From contig OX597837.1 in the NCBI GenBank assembly GCA_951406725.2, positions 20,708,001 to 20,772,000 on the forward strand: DNA of 64,000 nt, in the 5' to 3' direction. This DNA is from Octopus vulgaris (lineage: Eukaryota). The notes under the pieces are model-generated. The model was not told the origin of the DNA and made no database searches. It saw only the letters and a list, made by a program, of their open reading frames with translations. This document shows, piece by piece, positions 52,821 to 64,000 of the stretch (the first letter of the stretch is position 1; each line of letters opens with the position of its first letter). A program made the position numbers and the translations under genes.

Positions 52821-53557
52821 CGACCTGCCCGCGATGCGGTCAGAGCGACGAAACCGTTCTGCACGCACGCGTGCAGTGTCCAACCATTTGCGACTTGTGG
52901 GCTTATGTCGAACGACTACCGTCACGTGTGGGACGAGCCGGTTTATCAGGCGAGTCTATCGTCAATATCGTCACTCCTCCTTCCTTCAAATGGGAAGGAA
53001 GAGCTATTTTTATCATCCTTGTGGCTATGGCGAAAGAATGTATCTGGTGGACGCGTCTGAAAGGATTGGAAACAAACACTTTCCTCTCTGGTCAATCTCT
53101 CATCAACTTCTTCAAGTATCACTTGAAAAGGAAAGTGAGAGTAGAGAGGCAAGTTTTGTCTAGCGAATGTTTTAAAAAAGATGGGTGAATGTAGCAAGGA
53201 TGGCACATATGAATGACGAAGCCACCTTGAGCATAATCCTATGAACCCGGAAATTGAAAACAGAGGGTTACCTACTTGCAAATAAATGTGTTAACATGTG
53301 ACATTATTGACCGAGGTTACCGTGGTCTTTTCCGTAGGCTTTTCTTTCCACGGATAAACCTTATCTGCTTCCCCCTTTTACACTTTACATCAAGACATTT
53401 CTGTGATACACGATCCCTATTGATCATTTTTTCTTTCCTTTTTACGATCCCTTTTGATCGAAAACCTACCCCACTTTTGTTTTCTCCCCAAAAAGAAAAG
53501 CTCTACATTTTAATTTGTCCCGTCTGTGTGCAGCCCTGTGTGGCTAATTAAGAAACA
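52821..53557 (+). mobile_element. Tx1-like LINE, 5'-truncated (copy D), followed by (TATC)n at 53558-53627
   Basis: ORF 52799-53188 is almost identical to the C-terminal half of ORF 766-1524. Confidence 0.92.
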
Positions 53558-53627
<70 letters not shown>

Positions 53628-54079
53628 CCTGTCTGTCTGTCTGTCTGTCTGTTTCTCTGACCGTCTAAAAAATGAAATCAAATTTAAATTTTCTCCTTAA
53701 TGTTTTTCTCTCGGTCAGAATTTGTTATATGCTGACGATTATGGTCTTCTGAATCACTTGGGACAAGATATTCATAAAATAACGATCCCCTTCAGCGCCA
53801 GTGCTGCTTGCTTTTAGACTTAGAATAATTCTGAAAACTTAAGTGAGATCTACGCCTGCTTCAGGTCTGGCCCATGTAGAACCAAGTATATTTGTCCAAG
53901 GCACCAGCTTTCATGTCAGTAAGGATGCTCTAGAGATGGATTCCCAGATTTCGAAATCACCTTTCGGATTGAGAAGAATTTTGAGTTTGAGATATTTTTG
54001 GAAATGACGAATCTTGTTCGAAAGTGACTTAAACTGTCGACGAAACTTTGCATCAATGATATTTGCGTGGTAACATTTC

Positions 54080-54475
54080 TATTGGTGAATAGAAGATTGG
54101 TGAATGCAATTATCTTCCAAATAGCAACATATGGATGCGAGACCTGGACACTAAAGAAAGCTGACCAGAAGAGAATTAATGCATTCGAGCTTTGGTGTTG
54201 GAGAAGACTTTTTCGGATTCCATGGACAGCGAGGCTCACCAATGGAGAAGTTCTTAAGCAGATAAGGCCGAAAATGTCGCTAGAAGCTGGGATCACCAAG
54301 CGTAGATTGGCATATTTCGGTCATATTATGCGGAGAGAATCCCTGGAGAAGGACATCATGCTCGGAATGGTCAGTGGCAAGAGAGGAAGAGGCCGACCAA
54401 GAACACGCTGGCTTGACACCATCAGGAGTGATACTGGAATGGACATGGCCAGTCTGAAGGAAGCGGTATAGACGC
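54080..54475 (+). mobile_element. RTE-clade LINE 3' fragment (a separate LLYADD-containing RT scrap lies at ~53715-53910)
   Basis: YGCETWTL...INAFELWCWRRLFRIPW...YFGHIMR...GKRGRGRPRTRWLD. Confidence 0.9.
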
Positions 54476-56162
54476 CTTGAAGGGTATAGACGAGCAAATC
54501 GACTGCAATATTTTTTATATTTGAAGTCTGGTACTAATTTTGTTGATATCTTTTTGCCGCACCGTTAGGTTACGGAGACGAACTTGGTTTTGCAAATAAT
54601 TGTTGTAGCATAACTGATTAAGAGGTCATGAAATTTTGTATTTGCAAGAGTAATTTATCGCTGCTGGTTTGACTGGATTTCTTAATATTACGTTTTACAT
54701 GTCTGATGCTCAAGCAAACATCGGTTGTCAAGCGATGGTAGACACACACAAACACACACACACATACAAACAAACACACATACATACGACGGCCTTCTTT
54801 CAGTTTCTGTCTACAAAATCCACTCCAAAAGGTTTGATCGGCCCAGAGCTAAAGTAGAAGACATTTGCTCGGGACTGAACCTAGAACCATATGGCTGGGA
54901 AGTAAACTTCTTAGCACACAGGCACACCTGTGCCTGTAGAGAATTTGTTTTCACCAAGTATCTCCAGAACAAAGAAAAAAGGAAATTTACTGACCTTACG
55001 AAAGCCAATATTAAGTCTTTGAACATCAGCATTGTACATTGAGAATATTTCACAATGAGTAGAAGCGAATGGTGGTCCATTTTGAGGAACAACGATTTGT
55101 AGCTTGAGAAGATTCGAATTTCCAATAAATGGCAAAACATATTGTCCGAAACCTGCAAGAGGTAGAAACTTTCAAAACAGATCTTGTCTCCCGTAATGGT
55201 TAACATACCAGGAAAACAACAAGAGAGGTTTTATACGCATACAGCATCAAAAGCCTTCGCGGGGAAATGCTGTTCTTTACGACCAATGTTGTGCTTAACT
55301 GAAAATCCGTTTTCGATCAATGTAGAAGAGACGAGTGGCCGAGTAACGGCATAAATAAATAAATAAATAGAAATTGACAAAAGACACAGGCGTAGGTGTG
55401 AGGTAAGAAGCTTGCTTCCCAACAACATAGTTCCGGGTTCAGTCCCACTGCATGGCATCTTGGGAATGTGTCTTCTACTAGAGCTTCAGGTCAACCAAAG
55501 CCCTTTTGAGTGGATTGGGTAGAGGGAAATTAAAAGAAGCCTGTCGTATATATATATATATATATATACACACATCTTTGTTTGTGTCTTCCTGTCTGTG
55601 TTTGTCCCCACCAAAATCACCACTTGAGGATCGGTGTTAGTGTCTATATGTTTCCGTAACTTACCGGTTCGGCCTAAGACATCGGCAGAATAGGTATCAG
55701 GCTTAGCAAAATATAAGTACTTGGGTCGATTCATTCGACTAAAAATTCTTCAAGGCGGTGCCCTAGGATGGCCGCAGTCTAATGATTGAAGCAAGTAAAA
55801 GATAAAAGATAAAAGAAAATAAGGGCTCAGTGGAGGTTTTAAGGTTCGTAGTAGAAACGTTATCAAACATGTTATAGGCATATATTCGCAATGAGAAACT
55901 GTTTATGATCACAGCCGAGTTAACTACCATCTATATACCATTTGTGTATGTGTGTATGTGTTATATATATATATATATGTAGAATGGTTGTATACTGTCA
56001 ATCTAACAAGAACGTGACAGTAGGGGGTACACCACCGCTGTATAGCCCTAGGAAGCATCGAACGCCTCCTGATAGCTTTGACACATTTTTTTTTCTTTTT
56101 TTTTTCCCCTGTGTCCTTATATACATATACGAAGGGGAGACAAACACCCCCGACCGCCGGAA

Positions 56163-56220
56163 CTGCATCTAGGGACACCGTGTTTCAGGATCATTGTCCT
56201 TCATCGGCCTAGAGTAGCAG
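56163..56220 (-). ncRNA. Complete type-I hammerhead ribozyme (left-arm copy)
   Basis: Exact reverse complement of 56488-56545. Confidence 0.85.
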
Positions 56221-56487
56221 ACACCGGTCGGCTGGTGATATTTGCCTCGACTTCGTATCTGTATATATGTAAACTCAGTGAAGTTTATTCACTGATTATC
56301 AAAATAAGAAATATTGAATTTCTAAATCTCTCGTAGAGACATGTACGGTGGTGGGGCGATAGAATGGTTGTATACGAGAGATTTAGAAATTTAATATTTC
56401 TTATTTTGATAATCAGTGAATAAACTTCACTGAGTTTACATATATACAGATACGAAGTCGAGGCAAATATCACCAGCCGACCGGTGT

Positions 56488-56545
56488 CTGCTACTCTAGG
56501 CCGATGAAGGACAATGATCCTGAAACACGGTGTCCCTAGATGCAG
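56488..56545 (+). ncRNA. Complete type-I hammerhead ribozyme (right-arm copy)
   Basis: ctgc-tac-tctagg-CCGATGA-agga(caatga)tcct-GAAA-ca(cgg)tg-TC-cctaga-t-gcag: stem I tctagg/cctaga extended by ctgc/gcag, stem II agga/tcct, stem III ACA/TGT; predicted cleavage after C56534. Confidence 0.85.
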
Positions 56546-56756
56546 TTCCGGTGGTCGGGGGTGTTTGTCTCCCCTTCGTATATGTATATAAGGACACAGG
56601 GAAAAAAATGTGTCAAAGCTATCAGGAGGCGTTCGATGCTTCCTAGGGCTATACAGCGGTGGTGTACCCCTACTGTCACGTTCTTGTTAGATTGACAGTA
56701 TACAACCATTCTATCGCCCCACCACCGTACATGTCTCTACGAGAGATTAAGAAATT

Positions 56757-56796
<40 letters not shown>

Positions 56797-56824
56797 TGTG
56801 CTAAACCATTCTATTCGTTATCTA

Positions 56825-56898
<74 letters not shown>

Positions 56899-57074
56899 AT
56901 AAAACTTACTTGGAAATAGATGCATATATGCATATATATTATATATATATATTCCTGTTTTTTTTTAATTAAAAGCAATTGAACATATTCAGTTGAAGAT
57001 TTACTCGATGCCTATTTGTAGAATACATATGTTTATATGACTTTTACGACAAAAGCGGTGACAATGACTTCGAA

Positions 57075-57124
57075 GTGACAGTCTGACGAAGTCTAAAAGA
57101 CTGAAACTTCTAAGCCACTGTAAC
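57075..57124 (+). ncRNA. Type-I hammerhead motif, probably inactivated
   Basis: gtgacagt-CTGACGA-agtc(taaaa)gact-GAAA-cttctaag-CC-actgtaac; GCC where GUC is expected. Confidence 0.65.
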
Positions 57125-57185
57125 CCCTGCTCTTTTAAAAGCTTAACCTGTATACCTACCTACATGTCTGCCTACCTACCTACCT

Positions 57186-57264
<79 letters not shown>

Positions 57265-57577
57265 CACACAAGGTCACACACACACAAACTCATACAGAGC
57301 AAAGAATCACAGGTCTTTGCTCACAAAACAGAAGAAATGCATTTGTAAAGTTACAAACAGTGCTGCAAGTGCTGTAGACCGTTTAATTATAGATCAGATG
57401 AAACCATATCGTCCATGAGAAGACAACAAATACAAGAATACAGAATGGTGTATAATCAGTTGGAAAGGAAATCCTTTTGAAATAATTATTTTCTGTAAAA
57501 GACAAAGAATGGACAAGATTAACGACGTAACGTATATAAGCTTATAAAACATTATAGATTGAATGCAAGTATATAAC

Positions 57578-57639
<62 letters not shown>

Positions 57640-57733
57640 GTGTGTGTGTGTGTGTGTGCGTGTGTGTGTGTGTGTATATATATATACATATATATGTATG
57701 TGTATATACACGTATATATATACATATACATAC

Positions 57734-57785
<52 letters not shown>

Positions 57786-58016
57786 GCATGTGTGTGTATA
57801 CATACAATAAATATATACATAAATATATATGTATACATATATATGTGTGCATGTATATATATATACTTGTAGACATATATATATATGTGTGTGTGCATGT
57901 ATATTTATACTTGTGTACATATATACATACATTATATATATATACATGAATACATGAATATATATATACACATTTATATATATGTATACATATGTATATG
58001 TGTACATGTATGTATG

Positions 58017-58057
<41 letters not shown>

Positions 58058-58447
58058 TAACAAATACGCATGTATATACAGATACATACATTTGTGCGTT
58101 TATATACGCACAAACACAGAGGCGTATACATACACAATATATATATTGACAAAATGTGTGTAAAGAGTTTAGCTTTTACAGCTTCCATTTATTTATTTAT
58201 GAAATTTATTTTTAATGATTTTATAATTAACTTTGCGATTCGACGCTAACTATAAATACTACAACGAAAAAAAAAAAAACGAAATAGTAATAATAATAAT
58301 AATACTTATGAATGAAGTACAGCAACAACAAAACAACATTGAGACCAATCAACAACGAATGTCTCGTTCCTTCTACATAGTCAATAGTCAACAAACATGC
58401 AAGAAATAGCAGCTGATGCTCCTGTAAAATGCCATGCTCTCATGCCT

Positions 58448-58448
58448 C

Positions 58449-58494
<46 letters not shown>

Positions 58495-58548
58495 GTATTA
58501 ATAATAATAATAATGACAACAACAACAGCAACAATAATAGTAGTAGTA

Positions 58549-58605
<57 letters not shown>

Positions 58606-58698
58606 GTGATAATAACAACAATAACAGTAGTAGTAGTAATAATAATAATAGTAGTAGTAGTAATAATAATAATAACAACAACAATAATAGTAGTAGTA

Positions 58699-58753
<55 letters not shown>

Positions 58754-58755
58754 TG

Positions 58756-58842
<87 letters not shown>
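58448..58842. repeat. (TAA)n compound microsatellite
   Basis: Long trinucleotide array with TAG/CAA variants. Confidence 0.97.
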
Positions 58843-58934
58843 TTTTCTACTAAAGGCACAAGACCTGAAATTTGGGGTGAGGGAATAAGTCGATTACATA
58901 AGCCATACATACAAATACTTATGAATGAATTAAC

Positions 58935-60295
58935 TAGATATGATACAATACACACAAATGAAAGAGAAAATGAAGAAAGAATACTATAGACGAGTTAGAT
59001 CAATACTGAAAACAGAGCTCAATGCTAAAAACAAGATAATAGGTATTAACACTTTAGCCGTCCCAGTTACAAGTTGCAGCTACAATAGCCTTAACTGGAC
59101 ATTAAATGAATTAACCAAAATAGACAGGAAACAAGAAAAATAATGACAGGATCTAGGATGCACCACCCAAAATCTGACATAGAAAGGCTATATATACAAC
59201 GTATAGAAGGTGGTAGAGGTCTTATACAGCTAGAAAACTATCATAAAATAACCACCATAGGACTGCAAAAATACCTACTTCAGAAGCAAGGAAAACTGAT
59301 ACAAATAGCCATAAAAAACGAGCAAAACAAAAAACTGTTTTCAGTATTTACGGAAGCTGACAAATACAAACAAAAAATCATACTTCTTAACAAATATGAA
59401 GAAGAAAAAGCTATAAAACAAATGAAATCCAAACTAAAACTAGAACAGCAACGATCCATGATAAAACGATGGCAAGAAAAGCCCCTTCATGGCAAATACT
59501 GGGCTAAACTAAATGAAAAAAAAAATAGACAGAGAAAAATATCAGCAATAGTTGAGAAGCTCAGGACTCAAAGCAGAGACTGAAGGATTTTTAATTGCTC
59601 CACAAGATCAAAGCCTTCCCACCAGTAACTACCAAAAACATATAATGAAAAGAAACATAACAAGTAACTGCAGAATAAGTGGAGATGGACAAGAAACAAT
59701 AAATCATATTATCTCAGGCTGCCCAGTCCTGACTAAGAAGGAATACATTCACAGACACGACAGAGTTGGGACCTACATACACTGGAAGCTATGCCAACAC
59801 TATGGAATAACAACAGAAAATAGATGGTATAGGCACACGCCAGAAAAGGTCACAGAAAACGAGAAAGCAACCATACTCTGGGATATGCCAATACACACAG
59901 AGAAATTATGGCCAATTGGCCAGATATAGTTGTCTGAGATCATGAAGAAAAAAGTGCTTTCTGATTGATGTATCAATACCAGTAGATGACAACGTTTCTC
60001 CAAAAGAAATGGAGAAACTTTCAAAATACAAAGACCTGGAAATGTGGAATCTGAAAACAGAAACAATGCCTATCATAGTAGGCGCATTAGGTATGATATA
60101 AAAAAAATATTCAGACAAATACATAACAAAAACACCAGGACTTACAAATATATATAACATACAGAAAATTGCACTACTGGGCACTGCACACATCCGACAC
60201 AAAACACTTTCAATACAGTTACCATAAGATCATCACAGCACATACCCAAGGCTCACAGAGCTGCGCTCGGTAGTGAAGTGAAAGCACGCTATAAA
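58935..60295 (+). mobile_element. Dong/R4-clade LINE, 5'-truncated, ending in (TAA)n
   Basis: RLYIQRIEGGRGLIQLE; AETEGFLIAPQDQSLPT; HIISGCPVL...RHDRV...ILWDMPI; PIIVGALG; 3' end gtgaaagcacgc then (TAA)n at 60296-60425. Confidence 0.92.
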
Positions 60296-60306
60296 TGATA
60301 ATGATG

Positions 60307-60400
<94 letters not shown>

Positions 60401-62096
60401 TAATAAAAATAATAATAATAATAAAAAGATCGTAAAGAAAGAAGACGAAAAACAAAAAATACTATTCCTTAAAATTTGAAAATTACAAAAATTTAAAATA
60501 TGAAAATTGTAAGGTCTGCCTAGAATAATTGGTGCATTGGGAACTGTAAGCCTTTTTGCTTTTTAGGGACAGGAGAAGTTATTAGGAAGGTCTTGCATAC
60601 TGGCAAGACTATTGAAAGCTAGTGGATACCGAAGGTTATAGGTAGTAACCCGCTACCCACATAAATTGTGCCAGGAATAAGACCAAACCTGAGTCAAATC
60701 AACAATAATGATAATTATGATAATGATGATGATGATGATGATGATGATGATAACGATAATCCTTTCTACTACAGGCATAAGGCCTGAAATTTGAGTGACT
60801 ATAGTGACCCCAATATTCAACTGGTGCTTATTTTATCAACTCCAAAAGGATGAAAGGCAGAGTTGGCCTCGGCGGAATTTGAACTCAGCATTTTACGTGG
60901 CGTGCTAACGATTCTGCCAGCACACCGTCTCGACAACAACAACAACAACAACTACAACAACAACAATAATAATAGTAATAAATAAATAAATAAAATCCAA
61001 AAGTTGGGGAAGGACCCACTGGATTTCATAGTCCTAGATTAAGTGTCTGAAATAGGAGTGGTATGGACACGGCTGAGTTCAGCCGCTGATCGGTCATACG
61101 TCTGCTCATCCAGATCTTACTTGGACTTAAACCAAGACAATAACAACAACAACATCAAGGAAAATCACAACTATACTACTACTACTACTACTACTACTAC
61201 TGTAGGGAAGAAAGCAGGAGAAAATAAAGAATAATGACAAAGTAAAAGATTTCTACACACGGATTTGCAATTTTTCCATCGATATCTAGGTAAGAAAAAG
61301 AAATAGCTAAAACTGGCACCGTTGTCGGTCGTTATTGATTTTAGAAGCGCTTCATTTTTGGCACGAAATTAGTGTATTGATTGCAACAAGAACGAATATG
61401 TTGGCCATTTTGGAAAGAAGAAGAAGAAGAAGAAAAAGAAACACCAACAAAATAACACGAAAAAAGTAAAAAAATATTTAAAAAATAAAGAGCGAACGAA
61501 AATGTCGTCTGCTCAATTCAATAAAAGTAATGGCGACGGTGGCGGTGTTGATGGTAGCGTATGGAGGTGGCAGAAATGGTGGTGGTGGTGGTTATGATGG
61601 CGGTGATGGAGGTAGTGACGTCGGGTAAGATGACGAGGAGGAAGGGATTTCGGTGATGGTGACGACGGCGGAGATGCAGCGATGGAGGAAGAAACGGAAG
61701 TGAAAAAGGCATGGAAAAATGTCTGTGTGTGTGTGTGCGTGAGTATAAATTTATGCGTGTGAGTGTATATTTATGCATTTGTGTATATATGTATATATGT
61801 TCGTGTTTATGTGCGTGTATAGGTGCATATGTGTGCGCGTGTAAATTTATGCGTATGTATATGTGTATATATGCATGCGTGTATGTGCATGTATGTGTGT
61901 GTGTCTGTGTGTGTCTGTGTGTGTATGCGTGTATATGTGAGTGTGCGTGCCAGTGTGTGTATGTTTGTGTGAGTGTGCGCGCGCGTGTGTATAGATATGT
62001 ATGAATGTATGTATCTGTAAATACACCTATAGGTACATACATAAATACATACGTACGCGAACACACACACACATATATACACTCACTCACATATGT

Positions 62097-62160
<64 letters not shown>

Positions 62161-62609
62161 TTACAGAGAAGCTGGAAATTTGGTTGAGACGAGTATTGCA
62201 ATAGCGATATAATCTCTTCTCACTGACTTAATATTCGATTATATCGTAAGAAATGGCAGATTACTTACAGGATACAACATAGAGATATATGTCTCTGACA
62301 CTGACCCTTCCAATCGGTCACTTTATTTCCATTTATGATTTCTCCTCCAAATACACACACGCACACACAGGTATATACACACACACGCACGCACACACAT
62401 ACAGAAGCACACACACATACACAACCACACAGACACACATATATACGCCTACAGAATCATCCGTACATCTGTGTATATGTATGTACGAGTGTGCTGGTGT
62501 ATATGTGTTTGGGCTTTACATACTTTACGTACACACAAACAAAAACGCACACACTTCTATACATATATATACATATACACACATATGCACACGTACACAC
62601 ACACAAATC

Positions 62610-62693
<84 letters not shown>

Positions 62694-62778
62694 CATATAT
62701 ATATACATATATATATATATATTTATATCTATGTATTTAAATATATATATATATATGTATGTATATGTATATATATAT

Positions 62779-62829
<51 letters not shown>

Positions 62830-63082
62830 TAATAAATGAAATAAAACATATGCATATATATAAACATATATGTACGTACCTACCTCTACATGTACATATA
62901 CACGCATATATGAGTACAGAACACCAAAGGGACGTCGAACACAAAGAAAAACGAAAACATAGACACAAACCAAAGGAACTGGACATTTTTTTAAAAACAA
63001 CAAAAAAATGGAGTACAGGACAATTAACACAACGAAAAAACCCCTTCTTCAGTCACTAAGGTTTCATCTACTCTACGTTTCT

Positions 63083-63114
<32 letters not shown>

Positions 63115-63208
63115 GAAAAATACAAACTGGGACAAGAACTTGAAACATTTAGAAGACGATACAAAAAACACGGTCGGGACATTCGAAGCCTTCAATCTTC
63201 AGTCTATA

Positions 63209-64000
63209 CACAGGAGTTAGGACCAAATAATGAAAACACCTAGAATCATAATTTTGAATCATCTATAAAACCGCCAAAAGCTTGTTTATTTTTGTTTTTT
63301 TTATTTATTATTAGTGTTGCTTAATATGTTTTGCTAAAATTGCTGGGGTTTTTTTTTCAGATATCATCAGAAAAAGGTAATCAAAATTCATTAAAATAGC
63401 AGATCTATTGGACTTTCAAAGAGGTCAAATTGTTGGTGCTCGTCGAAACAAAACTCTGGAAGAAAACCAAAACTTTCAGATAGGAACCATCGGAATCTTA
63501 CGCGAATTGTTAGAAAGGATCACAAAAGTACAGCTCCCAAAATTACTGCAGAGCTTAATGACCACCTCGAGAACCCAGTTTCCACAAAAACAATTCACCA
63601 GGAACTGCACAAAGCCGGATATCACGGGAAGGTTGCAATTAAAAAACCACTACTTTCAAAAACAAACAAACGTTGCAAAGTGTTTACAGTGGAATAAAAA
63701 CCTACAGAATTGGTCCCTAGAGCAGTGGAAGAATGTTATTTTCTCGGACGAGTCATCCTTTTCCTTATTTCCGACCACCGGCCAAGTATACGTGTAATGA
63801 TAGCCAAAAGAAGCATTTGACCCAGATTGCTCTCTTCCAACTGTTAATCATAGAGGAGGATCTGTAATGATCTAGGGGGCTATATCTTGGAAATCCGCCG
63901 GCCCAATGGTTACCTTTCGTGGCAGAATTAATAGTCAAGACTATTTAAGCATTTTATCTGATTAAATTCATACTATGGCTACGGAACTGTTTCCGGAGGG
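63209..64000 (+). mobile_element. Tc1-like DNA transposon, decayed (continues beyond the window)
   Basis: TA then ca-caggagttaggacc terminus; DFQRGQIVGAR; WSLEQWKNVIFSDESSF. Confidence 0.88.

Larger units (their letters stand above)
55980..56762. mobile_element. Retrozyme-like element: two divergent, greater-than-unit-length copies of a 365-380 nt hammerhead-bearing monomer inserted in (TA)n
   Basis: Left arm 55980-56375 starts and ends with tagaatggttgtatac (period 380); right arm 56373-56762 starts and ends with tacgagagatt.agaaatt.aatat (period 365); the arms are reverse complements in different phase. Confidence 0.82.

Noticed and set aside
57368-57418. gtg-CTGTAGA...GAAAC-catatc-GTC-cat as another hammerhead
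   Set aside because: The core is mutated and no credible stem II forms; at best a very old relic.
62920-63205. Minus-strand CTGAAGA and GAAACGTA motifs next to (TA)n
   Set aside because: The motifs are in the wrong order or lack paired stems; possibly PLE-end fragments, but a ribozyme cannot be supported.

Overview
AT-rich, microsatellite-dense eukaryotic DNA with no confidently identifiable host protein-coding gene. The SINE families and repeat content suggest an octopod cephalopod (inference, not verified). Most ORFs in the track are translations of simple repeats. The real coding remnants belong to decayed transposons: Tx1/L1-clade, Dong/R4-clade, CR1 and RTE LINEs, a Penelope-like GIY-YIG fragment, a Ty3/gypsy fragment, a Helitron, a hAT (Charlie/Buster-type) and several Tc1/mariner derivatives. 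At least four tRNA-derived SINE families are also present. The most striking signal is a set of small non-coding elements lodged in (TA)n tracts that carry type-I hammerhead ribozyme motifs, often as divergent inverted pairs. The best example (55980-56762) is two opposed, slightly more than unit-length, circularly permuted copies of a ~365-380 nt monomer with a complete hammerhead, which is the footprint expected of a retrozyme-like circular RNA. Other notable signals are a head-to-tail array of Tx1-like 3' ends separated by (TATC)n and a SINE whose 3' tail matches that LINE's 3' end. All calls were made by eye, so boundaries of decayed elements are approximate.
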